Shown here one piece after another: positions 26,512 to 35,448 of a DNA stretch of 64,000 nt. The translations under genes and the position numbers were made by a program. Below the pieces are notes generated by a model that had not been told where the DNA came from, searched no databases, and saw only the letters and a program-made list of their open reading frames with translations. This DNA comes from an uncultured Bacteroidales bacterium (GTDB lineage Bacteria; Bacteroidota; Bacteroidia; Bacteroidales; UBA1402), in contig CAZNQD010000004.1 of the NCBI GenBank assembly GCA_964575345.1, forward strand, positions 7,325 to 71,324, written 5' to 3'. Positions within the stretch are counted from its first letter, which is position 1. The number at the start of each line of letters is the position of its first letter.

Positions 26512-28434
26512 TTAGTTGGTTTTTAGGTCTTTAACAAAACAAAAGTAATACCAATAGCTTTTTTCAAAAGACCTTTTAAGCAAAGTGGCCAACTTCTCTT
26601 CTGATAAATGCGTATTGGACTCGGTAATGCGTTTGAATTCATCAAAACGCTGCAAAACCTGGGGATCCATCAACTTTATAATATCTCCCAACTCTCTTTT
26701 TTCGAAATAGGCCAGCAACAAGGCTGCTTCCTGTACATGCCGGGGCAAAGGCAGTTTTTTGTTTACATAGACATAAAACATCGGCCAGAATTTGTACACC
26801 GATTTAGTGGTCAGTATAGACGACATAGACCATTCGAGCATTTCATCGGTACCTGACTTCAAATTGCAGAAATGGTTCAGGATGGCCAATTCCATAACCC
26901 GTTGGTCCTGACCCAGTATGTCTTCGTATTTAGTCAGCGCCAGCAGGGTTTTGTATTGTTTATTCTCAAGTAAAAGAGCCGGATCTTCGAGGTATACCCG
27001 ATGCGATGCAGCCCATTTTTTGTAAAACAAGGTTTTCTCCAAAATGTGAATGTATTTCCCGGCCAACTCCATTTCCCGGTTGAGCAGGGCCGACATCATC
27101 ATAAACCTGAGATTCTCCGTACGGGGGCCAAACAAAACCATATTCTCCATATTCCAGCGATAGGAATAATTCAGCAGGCCATAATAAAAACAATTGATAG
27201 GCGCCCCGATAATGGTGTTGCTTACCAGGGAATTTTTGGTATGGAAAGGCTCATCAGAGTTGGGAAACGTGAACATCTTTTCACAAAGCTGGTTTTTATT
27301 GTACAACGCTATGTTTCTGTAAATCACAATCAAACGATTAGGGCTTTTGTTGGGTTCACGAGCCAGTTCCAGCACTTTGTCCCAATCGTTGTCCGAAATG
27401 GCCCTTTCCATGGCCAGCTGAGTTTTAAAATTCAGGTCTTTGTATGAGCCTGCCTGTACAAATGTAATGGCCAGTGCAAAAAAAAGCAGGTTCAGCCACC
27501 AAAGCGGCCGGCAGGAATTCGTTTTGGACAGATAGAGCAAAGACAAGCCCGATAAAAACAAAGGACAGGCCACCAGTGCTGTCCACATCAAAGGGCTGTT
27601 GGGGTAATCATACACCGGCAGGCCGTAAGCAAAAAGATACTTCGGGTTGATGTCTTGTCCGGACAGGACGAAAAATAAGGGCGGAACAGCTAAGAGAAAA
27701 AGCAAAAGCAACAACTGCCTTAACAATAGTTTTGGTTGATGTTTGGTTTTGGTTTGATGTTGATGTTGATGTTGAGATACTTCTTGAACTTTATTTTGAA
27801 AAGCGCTTTGACCGGCAGCAAACAATCTGACCCACAAAAGCAAAGCTCCCAATAAGGCATAGAAACCAAAGAAGGGATAGGCCAGGAGAATATACATCGC
27901 CAGGATCAGGATTCTGGTCCTGGTTCCGGGGAAAAAACGTGCAACAAAAAGAGGCATCACTGCCAGTACCATACCCGCCAATTGCGATAAAACCGCATAC
28001 TTGGCCACGAAAATGCTGTATTCCTGCATGCCAATATAAAGCAGGGCCATCGACAGCGGCAGCAAACTCAGCAGCCTGAGTTGTTTAGGCAATTCAAAGG
28101 CCCGAATCAGCATCCATTGCCAAACCAAAAGCAGAACTGTCAGTATAATGGCACCCAGCCATGGATAAAAAAAGAACTGAGTCAGAAACTTTCCCGCGTA
28201 TTCCAGCAATCCTCCAGGGCTTTGAAGGTGTTCGTTGAAAAAAGCCTTGTCGAACAGAAACAAAGTCAATTCCTGCAGACGAAACATCAAATCGGCTTTA
28301 TATATCCCAAGGAACCAGAAGCTGTACAAAGCAAACAACAGACTGCCCGTAGTATTGATCCAGGTGTATGTTCCGGCCGGCAGTTCCTGCCGGGGTGCTT
28401 TCTTTTTGCCGGGTTTACTGCTTTTGTTCTGCAT
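26512..28434 (-). CDS. DUF6057-like polytopic membrane protein with a C-terminal soluble domain
   Basis: Roughly 9-10 hydrophobic segments, QE..LFLF, PGGLLEY.G.FLTQFF.YPWLGA, then W..V....NR....RN.AL...L...MF..P; adjacent to the propeller gene. Confidence 0.7.
   Translation of the reverse strand: MQNKSSKPGKKKAPRQELPAGTYTWINTTGSLLFALYSFWFLGIYKADLMFRLQELTLFLFDKAFFNEHLQSPGGLLEYAGKFLTQFFFYPWLGAIILTVLLLVWQWMLIRAFELPKQLRLLSLLPLSMALLYIGMQEYSIFVAKYAVLSQLAGMVLAVMPLFVARFFPGTRTRILILAMYILLAYPFFGFYALLGALLLWVRLFAAGQSAFQNKVQEVSQHQHQHQTKTKHQPKLLLRQLLLLLFLLAVPPLFFVLSGQDINPKYLFAYGLPVYDYPNSPLMWTALVACPLFLSGLSLLYLSKTNSCRPLWWLNLLFFALAITFVQAGSYKDLNFKTQLAMERAISDNDWDKVLELAREPNKSPNRLIVIYRNIALYNKNQLCEKMFTFPNSDEPFHTKNSLVSNTIIGAPINCFYYGLLNYSYRWNMENMVLFGPRTENLRFMMMSALLNREMELAGKYIHILEKTLFYKKWAASHRVYLEDPALLLENKQYKTLLALTKYEDILGQDQRVMELAILNHFCNLKSGTDEMLEWSMSSILTTKSVYKFWPMFYVYVNKKLPLPRHVQEAALLLAYFEKRELGDIIKLMDPQVLQRFDEFKRITESNTHLSEEKLATLLKRSFEKSYWYYFCFVKDLKTN
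27730..27800 (-). repeat. Short hexamer repeats encoding a His/Gln-rich loop
   Basis: (TGATGT)x3 and (TGGTTT)x2 on the + strand; protein QEVSQHQHQHQTKTKHQPK between TM helices. Confidence 0.65.
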
Positions 28435-28443
28435 ATTCTCTCT

Positions 28444-29577
28444 TTAGAAAGGGGCAAAATCTTCGTTTGATACAGGTAGAACTGCCATACATTCCATTTC
28501 GACCAACCATTGGCTGCGGCAAACAGGAGCCAGTACATACACTTGAGGTACCTTAGGTAATCTACTGTTAACCAATGACTTTACCAATTCGTAATCGGCC
28601 ATGTCACGCAAATATACAACAACATGAGCCAAATCTCCAAATCCGGCACCGGCCTCCGACAACAAGGCTTCCACATTTTCGAACATTCGCCGGGTCTGTG
28701 CCTGAATATCCATGGGATACAAAGTCTGACCCTGATTGTCAATGCTGGCGGTACCCGAAATAATCACATGCCTTCTATCGCCGTATTCAATGGCTGTGCC
28801 CCGCTCAAAGGTAACACCGTAGAGTTGGGTAGGGCTCAGGTGTTGGGGAGCATACAAATATTTCTGCTGTCCCTTTTTGAGCCCTTGCACCACATAGGCA
28901 TCCATAAACACAAGATTCGAAGGTAAATAATGCCTGCCCTCGATGCCGGTACTTGAAACATAATGAGTATTCCGGTTCAGGCCTTCCTGTTCAAAGACTT
29001 CCCGGCGGGCTCTGACCATACCCTCGTAATTGATGTCCACCGCCTGCACATAGATCCACGTACGCAACAAATGCTCGGCCATATTCAACTTATCACGGCT
29101 CATTTTTTGTTTTAAGTTGTTGAACAATTCAAGGGTTTGTGCATAGGAACCCGAAGACAAATCATTAAGCCCGTAATAATAATAATGCCTGTAGGCAGGT
29201 CTGGTCAAGGTAATCACATTACTGTCCATGCCGAGAAGACCTTCTTGCACAAAATAGCACCACAAAGCCATTTTACTGCCGTCCAGAGGAGCCTGCCCAA
29301 CCAGCGATACAGCTTGGTCCGGCTTGTCAAAAAGCGTATATTGGTTGCAGGGATCACTCAAAAAATACCTTTTCCACACGGCTGTTGCCGGAGAAATTTC
29401 CTGCTTAAGAATTTCGTAGGCTTTATCAAGTAAATCCAGCTGAACTGATGCATTCAGCTTAGATACATTCTTTAATTTTATCAGGGCATGGTATTCATTC
29501 GTCCCATTGTTCGTGGCTGGCCAAAAGGTAGCCAACTGTATTTCGCTGTGTTCTCCCAAGAGCACTTTATACTCCAT
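28444..29577 (-). CDS. Double-domain Rid/YjgF-fold protein (Rid7 / FkbO-Hyg5 chorismatase-like)
   Basis: RTWIYV, STGIEG, YGVTFERG, ISGTASID, VYLRD, APVCR..WLVEMEC; -7 element TATTTTTG at 29608-29615 supports start 29577. Confidence 0.75.
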   Translation of the reverse strand: MEYKVLLGEHSEIQLATFWPATNNGTNEYHALIKLKNVSKLNASVQLDLLDKAYEILKQEISPATAVWKRYFLSDPCNQYTLFDKPDQAVSLVGQAPLDGSKMALWCYFVQEGLLGMDSNVITLTRPAYRHYYYYGLNDLSSGSYAQTLELFNNLKQKMSRDKLNMAEHLLRTWIYVQAVDINYEGMVRARREVFEQEGLNRNTHYVSSTGIEGRHYLPSNLVFMDAYVVQGLKKGQQKYLYAPQHLSPTQLYGVTFERGTAIEYGDRRHVIISGTASIDNQGQTLYPMDIQAQTRRMFENVEALLSEAGAGFGDLAHVVVYLRDMADYELVKSLVNSRLPKVPQVYVLAPVCRSQWLVEMECMAVLPVSNEDFAPF

Positions 29578-29773
29578 ATCACCTCTATTGTTGTTATTTT
29601 TAAAAAGCAAAAATACAGGATATTTTTTGATTAATAAACTATCTTTGTGGGCTTATTCAAGCAAAAATCGTCTAAAAATAAATCATTTCCGTACCAGGAG
29701 TTTATACTGATGGCAGTCCGGCCCCAAAGAAATTAATTGGCAGCCGGGCTTAGCTTCAACAAAAAGATAATAT

Positions 29774-31222
29774 ATGAATCAATCGCTTATTTCTAAAGCT
29801 TTTAGCCCTGATAACTTTCGACATCAGGGCCATCTCCTGGTAGATTTACTGGGAAATTACCTGGAATCAGCCCTGCAAGGCTCAGAACCTGTAAATCAAT
29901 GGAGAAGCCCTGATGATCAGCTCAAATTCTGGCAGAACGATTACAAAGAGGGCGACAGGCATCTGGAGCATTATTTCAAACAGTTGATTGACGGTTCCCT
30001 GCACATGCACAATCCCAAAAACATGGGGCATCAGGTGGCGATTCCGGCTCCCGAAAGTGCACTGGCCGGGCTGTTGACCGAACTGCTCAACAACGGAACT
30101 GTAGTTTACGAAATCGGAGCTCCGGCTGTGGTGTTGGAACGTATCGTTTGTAAACAGCTGGCTCAGGAAATGGGCTTTGATCCCGACAAGGCCGACGGCT
30201 TTATGACTTCCGGAGCTTCATTGGCAAATCTTACGGCATTGATGGCCATACGCAATATCAAGGCCGGCGAAGATGTCTGGAGCAAAGGGAACCGCAAACA
30301 ATATGCCCTGATGGTGTCCGAAGAAGCCCATTATTGCATAGATAAAGCTTTGAGGATTATGGGTCTGGGCGAAGCAGGTATTATTCGTATACCTGTAGAT
30401 GAACATTTCAAAATGCGTACAGAGCTGCTCGAAAGCGCATACCAGGCTGCCTGTGGCCGGGGCGTCGAAGTGCTGGGAGTAATTGGCTGCGCTTGTTCTA
30501 CTTCGACGGGAACCTACGAAGAACTGGAACCTCTGGCCGATTTTGCACAGACACACGACTTGTGGTTTCATGTGGATGCCGCGCACGGGGGGCCTGCTAT
30601 TTTCTCGAAAAAACACAGGCATCACCTGAAAGGTATTGAACAAGCCGATTCTGTGGTGATGGACTTTCACAAAATGATGCTGAGCCCTGCTCTTTCGACG
30701 GCCATTCTTTTTCGTCAGGCAAAGGATTCATACCGCAGTTTCAGCCAAAAAGCCCAATATCTCTGGGAGGAACAAGAGAAAAGTTCCTGGTTTAACCTTG
30801 GGCAAAGGAGCTTTGAATGCACTAAACTGATGATGAGCGTAAAAATTTACACCCTGCTCAGACAATACGGCACCGCTCTGTTCGAAGAATACGTCGATTA
30901 TACCTACAACCTGGCTCAGGTCTTTGCCGGTATGCTCAGGCAGGAGACCGATATGGAGCTGGCCCTGCAACCCGAAACCAATGTGGTTTGCTTTCGTTAT
31001 AAACCCTTGGGCGAGTTAAGCAAAGCAAGCTTAAGCAATCTTAACAGCCGGATTCGAAAGAAGTTGCTCGAAGACGGAGAATTCTATATAGTACAAACCC
31101 AGCTCAAAGAAGAGATCTGGCTCAGAGTAACACTGATGAATCCCTTCACCACAACCAGGGAACTGCAGGCTTTACTGGAAAAAATCAAACAACTTGGCAA
31201 ACAGCCCGGGTCCCGGGACTAA
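29774..31222 (+). CDS. Group II PLP-dependent amino-acid decarboxylase (Ddc/diaminobutyrate decarboxylase-like)
   Basis: MGHQV, TSG.S.ANLTAL, AHYC..KA, WFHVDAAHGG, DFHKM (PLP Lys); -7 element TATCTTTG at 29640-29647. Confidence 0.85.
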   Translation: MNQSLISKAFSPDNFRHQGHLLVDLLGNYLESALQGSEPVNQWRSPDDQLKFWQNDYKEGDRHLEHYFKQLIDGSLHMHNPKNMGHQVAIPAPESALAGLLTELLNNGTVVYEIGAPAVVLERIVCKQLAQEMGFDPDKADGFMTSGASLANLTALMAIRNIKAGEDVWSKGNRKQYALMVSEEAHYCIDKALRIMGLGEAGIIRIPVDEHFKMRTELLESAYQAACGRGVEVLGVIGCACSTSTGTYEELEPLADFAQTHDLWFHVDAAHGGPAIFSKKHRHHLKGIEQADSVVMDFHKMMLSPALSTAILFRQAKDSYRSFSQKAQYLWEEQEKSSWFNLGQRSFECTKLMMSVKIYTLLRQYGTALFEEYVDYTYNLAQVFAGMLRQETDMELALQPETNVVCFRYKPLGELSKASLSNLNSRIRKKLLEDGEFYIVQTQLKEEIWLRVTLMNPFTTTRELQALLEKIKQLGKQPGSRD

Positions 31223-31266
31223 CAGAGGCACAACAGAATAACTCAGGTAATTCTAAAAACATCATT

Positions 31267-32250
31267 TCAGCGTTCTGATTTTCCGGAACTGACTTTATCG
31301 AGAATTACGGCTCCAAGAATAACAAAACCCTTTATGACTTGTTGCCAGAAGGGAGAGACATTCAGCAAAACCAGACCATTGTTGAGCACCCCGATAATCA
31401 GCGCACCCACCACAGTGCCGGCAATGGAACCTTTACCACCGCTCAGGGAAGTGCCTCCGATGACTACGGCGGCTATGGAATCAAGTTCATAACCGCTGCC
31501 CGCGTTGGGCTGGGCAGAATCCAGTCTGGCTGTAACCATTAGCCCGGCCACGGCAGACAATAATCCGGCCAGGATATACACCCGGAGGATAATTTTATTC
31601 ACCTTGATTCCCGACAACAAACTGGCTTTTTTGTTGCCTCCGATAGCGTAAATATAACGTCCCATGCGGGTTTTGAGCATAAAAAAAGCAAAGAAGGCTA
31701 TAATGAACAGGGCTACCCACACCGGCATGGGCACTCCCAAAAACCAGCCGGTACCCAAAAAAGAAAAACTTTCGCCCAGGCCTGTAATGGGGAAACCCTT
31801 GGTATACAACATAGTCAACCCTCTGGCTATGGTGAGCATGGCCAAAGTAGCCACAAAAGGCGGCACCCTGAAACGTGTAATCATCCAGCCGTTAAAGGCT
31901 CCCAGCATACCACCGGTGAGTAAAGCGGCCAGTATACAGCCCCAAAAGGTAAAGCCCACATAAAGGTCGGCAGCGGGAAAGCTGAAACCGTTTCTGTTCA
32001 GCCCGGCAGCCACAGCACCACTCAGCGCCAGAATGGAACCCACAGAAAGATCGATGCCTCCGGTCAGAATAACCATGGTCATTCCTACCGATATGCATAG
32101 GTTGACAGAAACCTGGCGCAGGATATTGAAAAAATTGTCGCCGGTGGCAAAATTCTCCGAAAACACAGCCATGGCTCCTACCATCAGAAGCAGAGCAGCC
32201 AGTGGTTTAATAACCGGCTTGTCAATAATTGCCTTAAAGTTCGTTTTCAT
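31267..32250 (-). CDS. Monosaccharide ABC transporter permease (RbsC-like)
   Basis: GMTMVILTGGIDLSVGS, P.FVATL, YAIGGN..A..LSGI, YELDSIAAVVIGGTSL.GG.G. Confidence 0.95.
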   Translation of the reverse strand: MKTNFKAIIDKPVIKPLAALLLMVGAMAVFSENFATGDNFFNILRQVSVNLCISVGMTMVILTGGIDLSVGSILALSGAVAAGLNRNGFSFPAADLYVGFTFWGCILAALLTGGMLGAFNGWMITRFRVPPFVATLAMLTIARGLTMLYTKGFPITGLGESFSFLGTGWFLGVPMPVWVALFIIAFFAFFMLKTRMGRYIYAIGGNKKASLLSGIKVNKIILRVYILAGLLSAVAGLMVTARLDSAQPNAGSGYELDSIAAVVIGGTSLSGGKGSIAGTVVGALIIGVLNNGLVLLNVSPFWQQVIKGFVILGAVILDKVSSGKSER

Positions 32251-32262
32251 AAATACTGCTAT

Positions 32263-33792
32263 TTAGGCCTTATCGGGTAAGGCAGCTTTCAACAAGGCTT
32301 CTTCGGTAAATTCATCCCGCTCGAAATGTCCGTTGAGCCTGCCCTGGCAAAGGCATAAAATTCTGTCCGATACAGCCATAATTTCAGGTAATTCAGAAGA
32401 AACCACCACTATGGCCATGCCTTGGCCGGCCAAATCATCCATCAATTTATAAATCTCATTTTTAGAGTGAATGTCGATACCCCGTGAAGGCTCGTCCAGC
32501 AAAATAATTTTCGGATTGGTCAGGATCCATTTTGACAGAACCACTTTTTGCTGGTTGCCTCCGCTTAGCTGAGAAACCAATTGTTGACAGGAATACGACT
32601 TTATTTTCAGCTTGCTTCTCATTTCTTCTGCTTTTGCCCGTTCTTTTTTAAACGAGAGCAAACCATAATTCAAAAAATCTTTTAAGGAAGCCAGCGTAGT
32701 ATTTTGCTCAATAGACATTTCGGGGATCAGTCCTTCGTTTTTCCGGTCTTCGGGGATCAGCGCCAAACCCTCTGCCACTGAGGCATTTGTGTTATTTAAT
32801 TGGACCTTCCTGCCTTTGATAAAGACCTGGCCCTCTGTTTTTTTTCCGTACAAGCCAAACAAAGCCTCCATCAAATCGGTCCGTCCGGCGCCCATCAATC
32901 CGTAAATACCCAATACTTCACCTGCATAAACCTCAAAACTTATATCTTTCAGCCGGTATTTGCCTGCATGCAAGGTATCCCTGAGACAAAGATCCCTGAC
33001 AGCAAGCATACATTCTCCCGGGGGGTGTTGTTTTTTTATGAAAAAATCCTTGCGTTCCCTTCCAACCATCTTGCGCACTAATTCATCCACGCTGGTTTTT
33101 TCCATTGGGCAGGCTTCGATGAAACAGCCATCCCGTAATACTGTTACATAATCGGCCAGCAGAGTTATTTCATCCATTTTATGCGTGATGTACACCACTC
33201 CCACCTGGTTTTGGGTAAGATCACTTATCAGGCGAAACAATATTCCGGCCTCTTTTTCGGACAAGGAAGAAGTAGGTTCGTCCATGATCAAAACCTTGGC
33301 ATTGAGCGACAACGCTTTGGCTATTTCTACAATCTGCTGCTGCCCGGGACTGAGATCGATGACCAACTTATCTGGGCTTTCGTCAAAGTGCAGCCTTTCG
33401 AGCAAAGCGAGAGTCTCCCTTTTCATCCTTTTATGGTCTACCAATCCCAACGTATTCAATGGTTCTCTGCCTAAAAAAATATTTTGGGCAATATCCAGAT
33501 AAGGAATCAGATTCAATTCCTGATGTATCATAGCTATTCCCTGCTTCTGGGCACCGGCCGTTCCGGAAAAGTGTACCGGCCGGCCGCAGAGTAACACTTC
33601 GCCCTGATAGTCGGCATACACTCCCGATAAAACATTCATCAGGGTTGATTTTCCTGCCCCGTTTTCACCGACAATGGCATTTACTTTACCTGCATACACC
33701 TTTAAACTGACATCGTTTAAGGCCAGCACGCCGGGAAACTGTTTGCTGATGTGACAGGCTTCGAGCAAAATTTCGGGATTGGACTTATCCAT
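32263..33792 (-). CDS. Monosaccharide ABC transporter ATP-binding protein (RbsA-like, tandem NBDs)
   Basis: GENGAGKS, DEPT, EDRK..GL, LSGGNQQKV, DEPSRGID. Confidence 0.95.
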   Translation of the reverse strand: MDKSNPEILLEACHISKQFPGVLALNDVSLKVYAGKVNAIVGENGAGKSTLMNVLSGVYADYQGEVLLCGRPVHFSGTAGAQKQGIAMIHQELNLIPYLDIAQNIFLGREPLNTLGLVDHKRMKRETLALLERLHFDESPDKLVIDLSPGQQQIVEIAKALSLNAKVLIMDEPTSSLSEKEAGILFRLISDLTQNQVGVVYITHKMDEITLLADYVTVLRDGCFIEACPMEKTSVDELVRKMVGRERKDFFIKKQHPPGECMLAVRDLCLRDTLHAGKYRLKDISFEVYAGEVLGIYGLMGAGRTDLMEALFGLYGKKTEGQVFIKGRKVQLNNTNASVAEGLALIPEDRKNEGLIPEMSIEQNTTLASLKDFLNYGLLSFKKERAKAEEMRSKLKIKSYSCQQLVSQLSGGNQQKVVLSKWILTNPKIILLDEPSRGIDIHSKNEIYKLMDDLAGQGMAIVVVSSELPEIMAVSDRILCLCQGRLNGHFERDEFTEEALLKAALPDKA

Positions 33793-33801
33793 AGAGCAGC
33801 C

Positions 33802-34428
33802 TCAGGTAATTATTTTGATCTGATAAGGAATCAACACCAATTCTTTCAAGGGTAAATCATTGATATTTACCTCGACGGCTGCAACAAACTCTATCCTGAC
33901 TCCCGCCCTGAGCTGCTCACTCAAAGGAGCCAGCACTTCCTGAAGGATTTTTTTGTTCAGGTACGACGACAAAGCATTAAAATCCATTGCGTTTTGAAAA
34001 TCGTCGGGGCTGAACCAGGAGGAAGCATCACGAGCCAGGTTGCTAAAAATATTCACTTTGGGAATAATCGCTTTAATATCGTTTTTAAGAATCAGATACA
34101 AATTATACTCATCGACAGATGCGATTTCAGCCCGGGCTTGTATCACAAAGAAATAATTGGAACCAATGCCTAAGACTTTACCTTGTTTGTCGGAAAAGTC
34201 CTTAGCGTTGTTTTGCAAGCCTGCAAAAAACTCTTCGCAAGGAAGAGCAGAACGAACCAGGTCCTCCAACTTGTGTTCCCAGCAGTAATCAACCAACTGA
34301 GCTGGATTAAATTTCTTGAATTGTTCTTTTAGTTGCTTCTCGCTTAACGACTCGGTATAAAAAGAAAAATAAAGGGCCAGGATGGAGGCCGCTATGGCCA
34401 GGATGATTTTTATGCTTTTTCTTATCAC
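33802..34428 (-). CDS. DUF2291-like membrane-anchored ABC accessory protein
   Basis: N-terminal TM, F.P...V...W, RDA.....F.DF.N..DFNA.S..LN; lies between the SBP and ATPase genes. Confidence 0.8.
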   Translation of the reverse strand: MIRKSIKIILAIAASILALYFSFYTESLSEKQLKEQFKKFNPAQLVDYCWEHKLEDLVRSALPCEEFFAGLQNNAKDFSDKQGKVLGIGSNYFFVIQARAEIASVDEYNLYLILKNDIKAIIPKVNIFSNLARDASSWFSPDDFQNAMDFNALSSYLNKKILQEVLAPLSEQLRAGVRIEFVAAVEVNINDLPLKELVLIPYQIKIIT

Positions 34429-35394
34429 TTATTCCAGTTTTTCGAATGCTCCGTACTTGTGTACATTGTCGGGCGTAACCAGTTCCACGGCTACCGGTAC
34501 TTTTTTCTGGAAATTACGGTCAGATTTAAGATAGCGGTCGGCAAACTCCGCAGCTGTACGAGCCATGGTTTTGGGAAACTGCATGGCGGTAGCCTCAATT
34601 TTACCTTCTTTGATGGCATTAATTACATCCTGACTTCCATCAAAACCGAAGACCAGAATACGATCGGCTTTGCCTGCGGCCAGAATAGCCTGCCAGGCTC
34701 CCATAGCCATGGCATCGTTGCCGCAAAAGACTGCATCAATATCGGAATGCGCCTGCATCATCGACTCCATTACCTCCATGGCTTTGTTTTGGTCAAAATC
34801 AGCTGTTTGCTGAGCCAGCATTATCAATTGAGGATAATTATCCACTACGCTGTGGAAACCTTTGGAACGGTTCCAGGTATTATTATCGCCTACAATACCC
34901 AGTATTTCTACGTAATTGCCTTTGCCGTCCAATTTCTTTACAAAATATTGGCCCAGGGCCACACATCCCGAAAAATTATCGGAAAGAATCTGAGAAACAG
35001 AAGATTCTGAGTCGTTGATTTCCCTGTCCATACAAAATACGGGAATGCCGGCCTTTTTGGCAGCTTTTACGTTGACCACCGAACCGTTGGCATCGGTAGG
35101 ATTAAATAAGATAGCCTTATAATCCGAGGACAGAATATTGTCAAAATGTTCTGTTTCTTTTGAAGGATTGTTTTGAGAATCAAACAATACGGCTTCGTAT
35201 CCCAATTCTACGGCTCTTTCTTTTGCAGTCTCACCCAGGACAACAAACCAGGGATTGTTGAGCGTTGAAATCACAACAGCTATTTTGTCTTTGGACAGCG
35301 TTTTCTTTTTGTCTCCCTGACAAGAGTTTAGGCCCAGGCATAAAGCAAAGAAAACAACAGCTATTAAAAGAAAAGCTAACAAATTGTTTTTCAT
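34429..35394 (-). CDS. Sugar ABC substrate-binding lipoprotein (RbsB-like; D-apiose-binding candidate)
   Basis: Lipobox LNSC; [37 protein letters not shown]. Confidence 0.88.
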   Translation of the reverse strand: MKNNLLAFLLIAVVFFALCLGLNSCQGDKKKTLSKDKIAVVISTLNNPWFVVLGETAKERAVELGYEAVLFDSQNNPSKETEHFDNILSSDYKAILFNPTDANGSVVNVKAAKKAGIPVFCMDREINDSESSVSQILSDNFSGCVALGQYFVKKLDGKGNYVEILGIVGDNNTWNRSKGFHSVVDNYPQLIMLAQQTADFDQNKAMEVMESMMQAHSDIDAVFCGNDAMAMGAWQAILAAGKADRILVFGFDGSQDVINAIKEGKIEATAMQFPKTMARTAAEFADRYLKSDRNFQKKVPVAVELVTPDNVHKYGAFEKLE

Positions 35395-35448
35395 TGTGTT
35401 ATTTATTTCAAGGTCTACAAATGTTGCTATTACTGCCCTGAGGCAATC

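Noticed and set aside
29715-29750. Imperfect hairpin (CCGGC..CCAA/TTGG..GCCGG) in the decarboxylase leader
   Set aside because: No match to riboswitch cores I recognise (fluoride, purine, glycine, lysine) and no U-tail.
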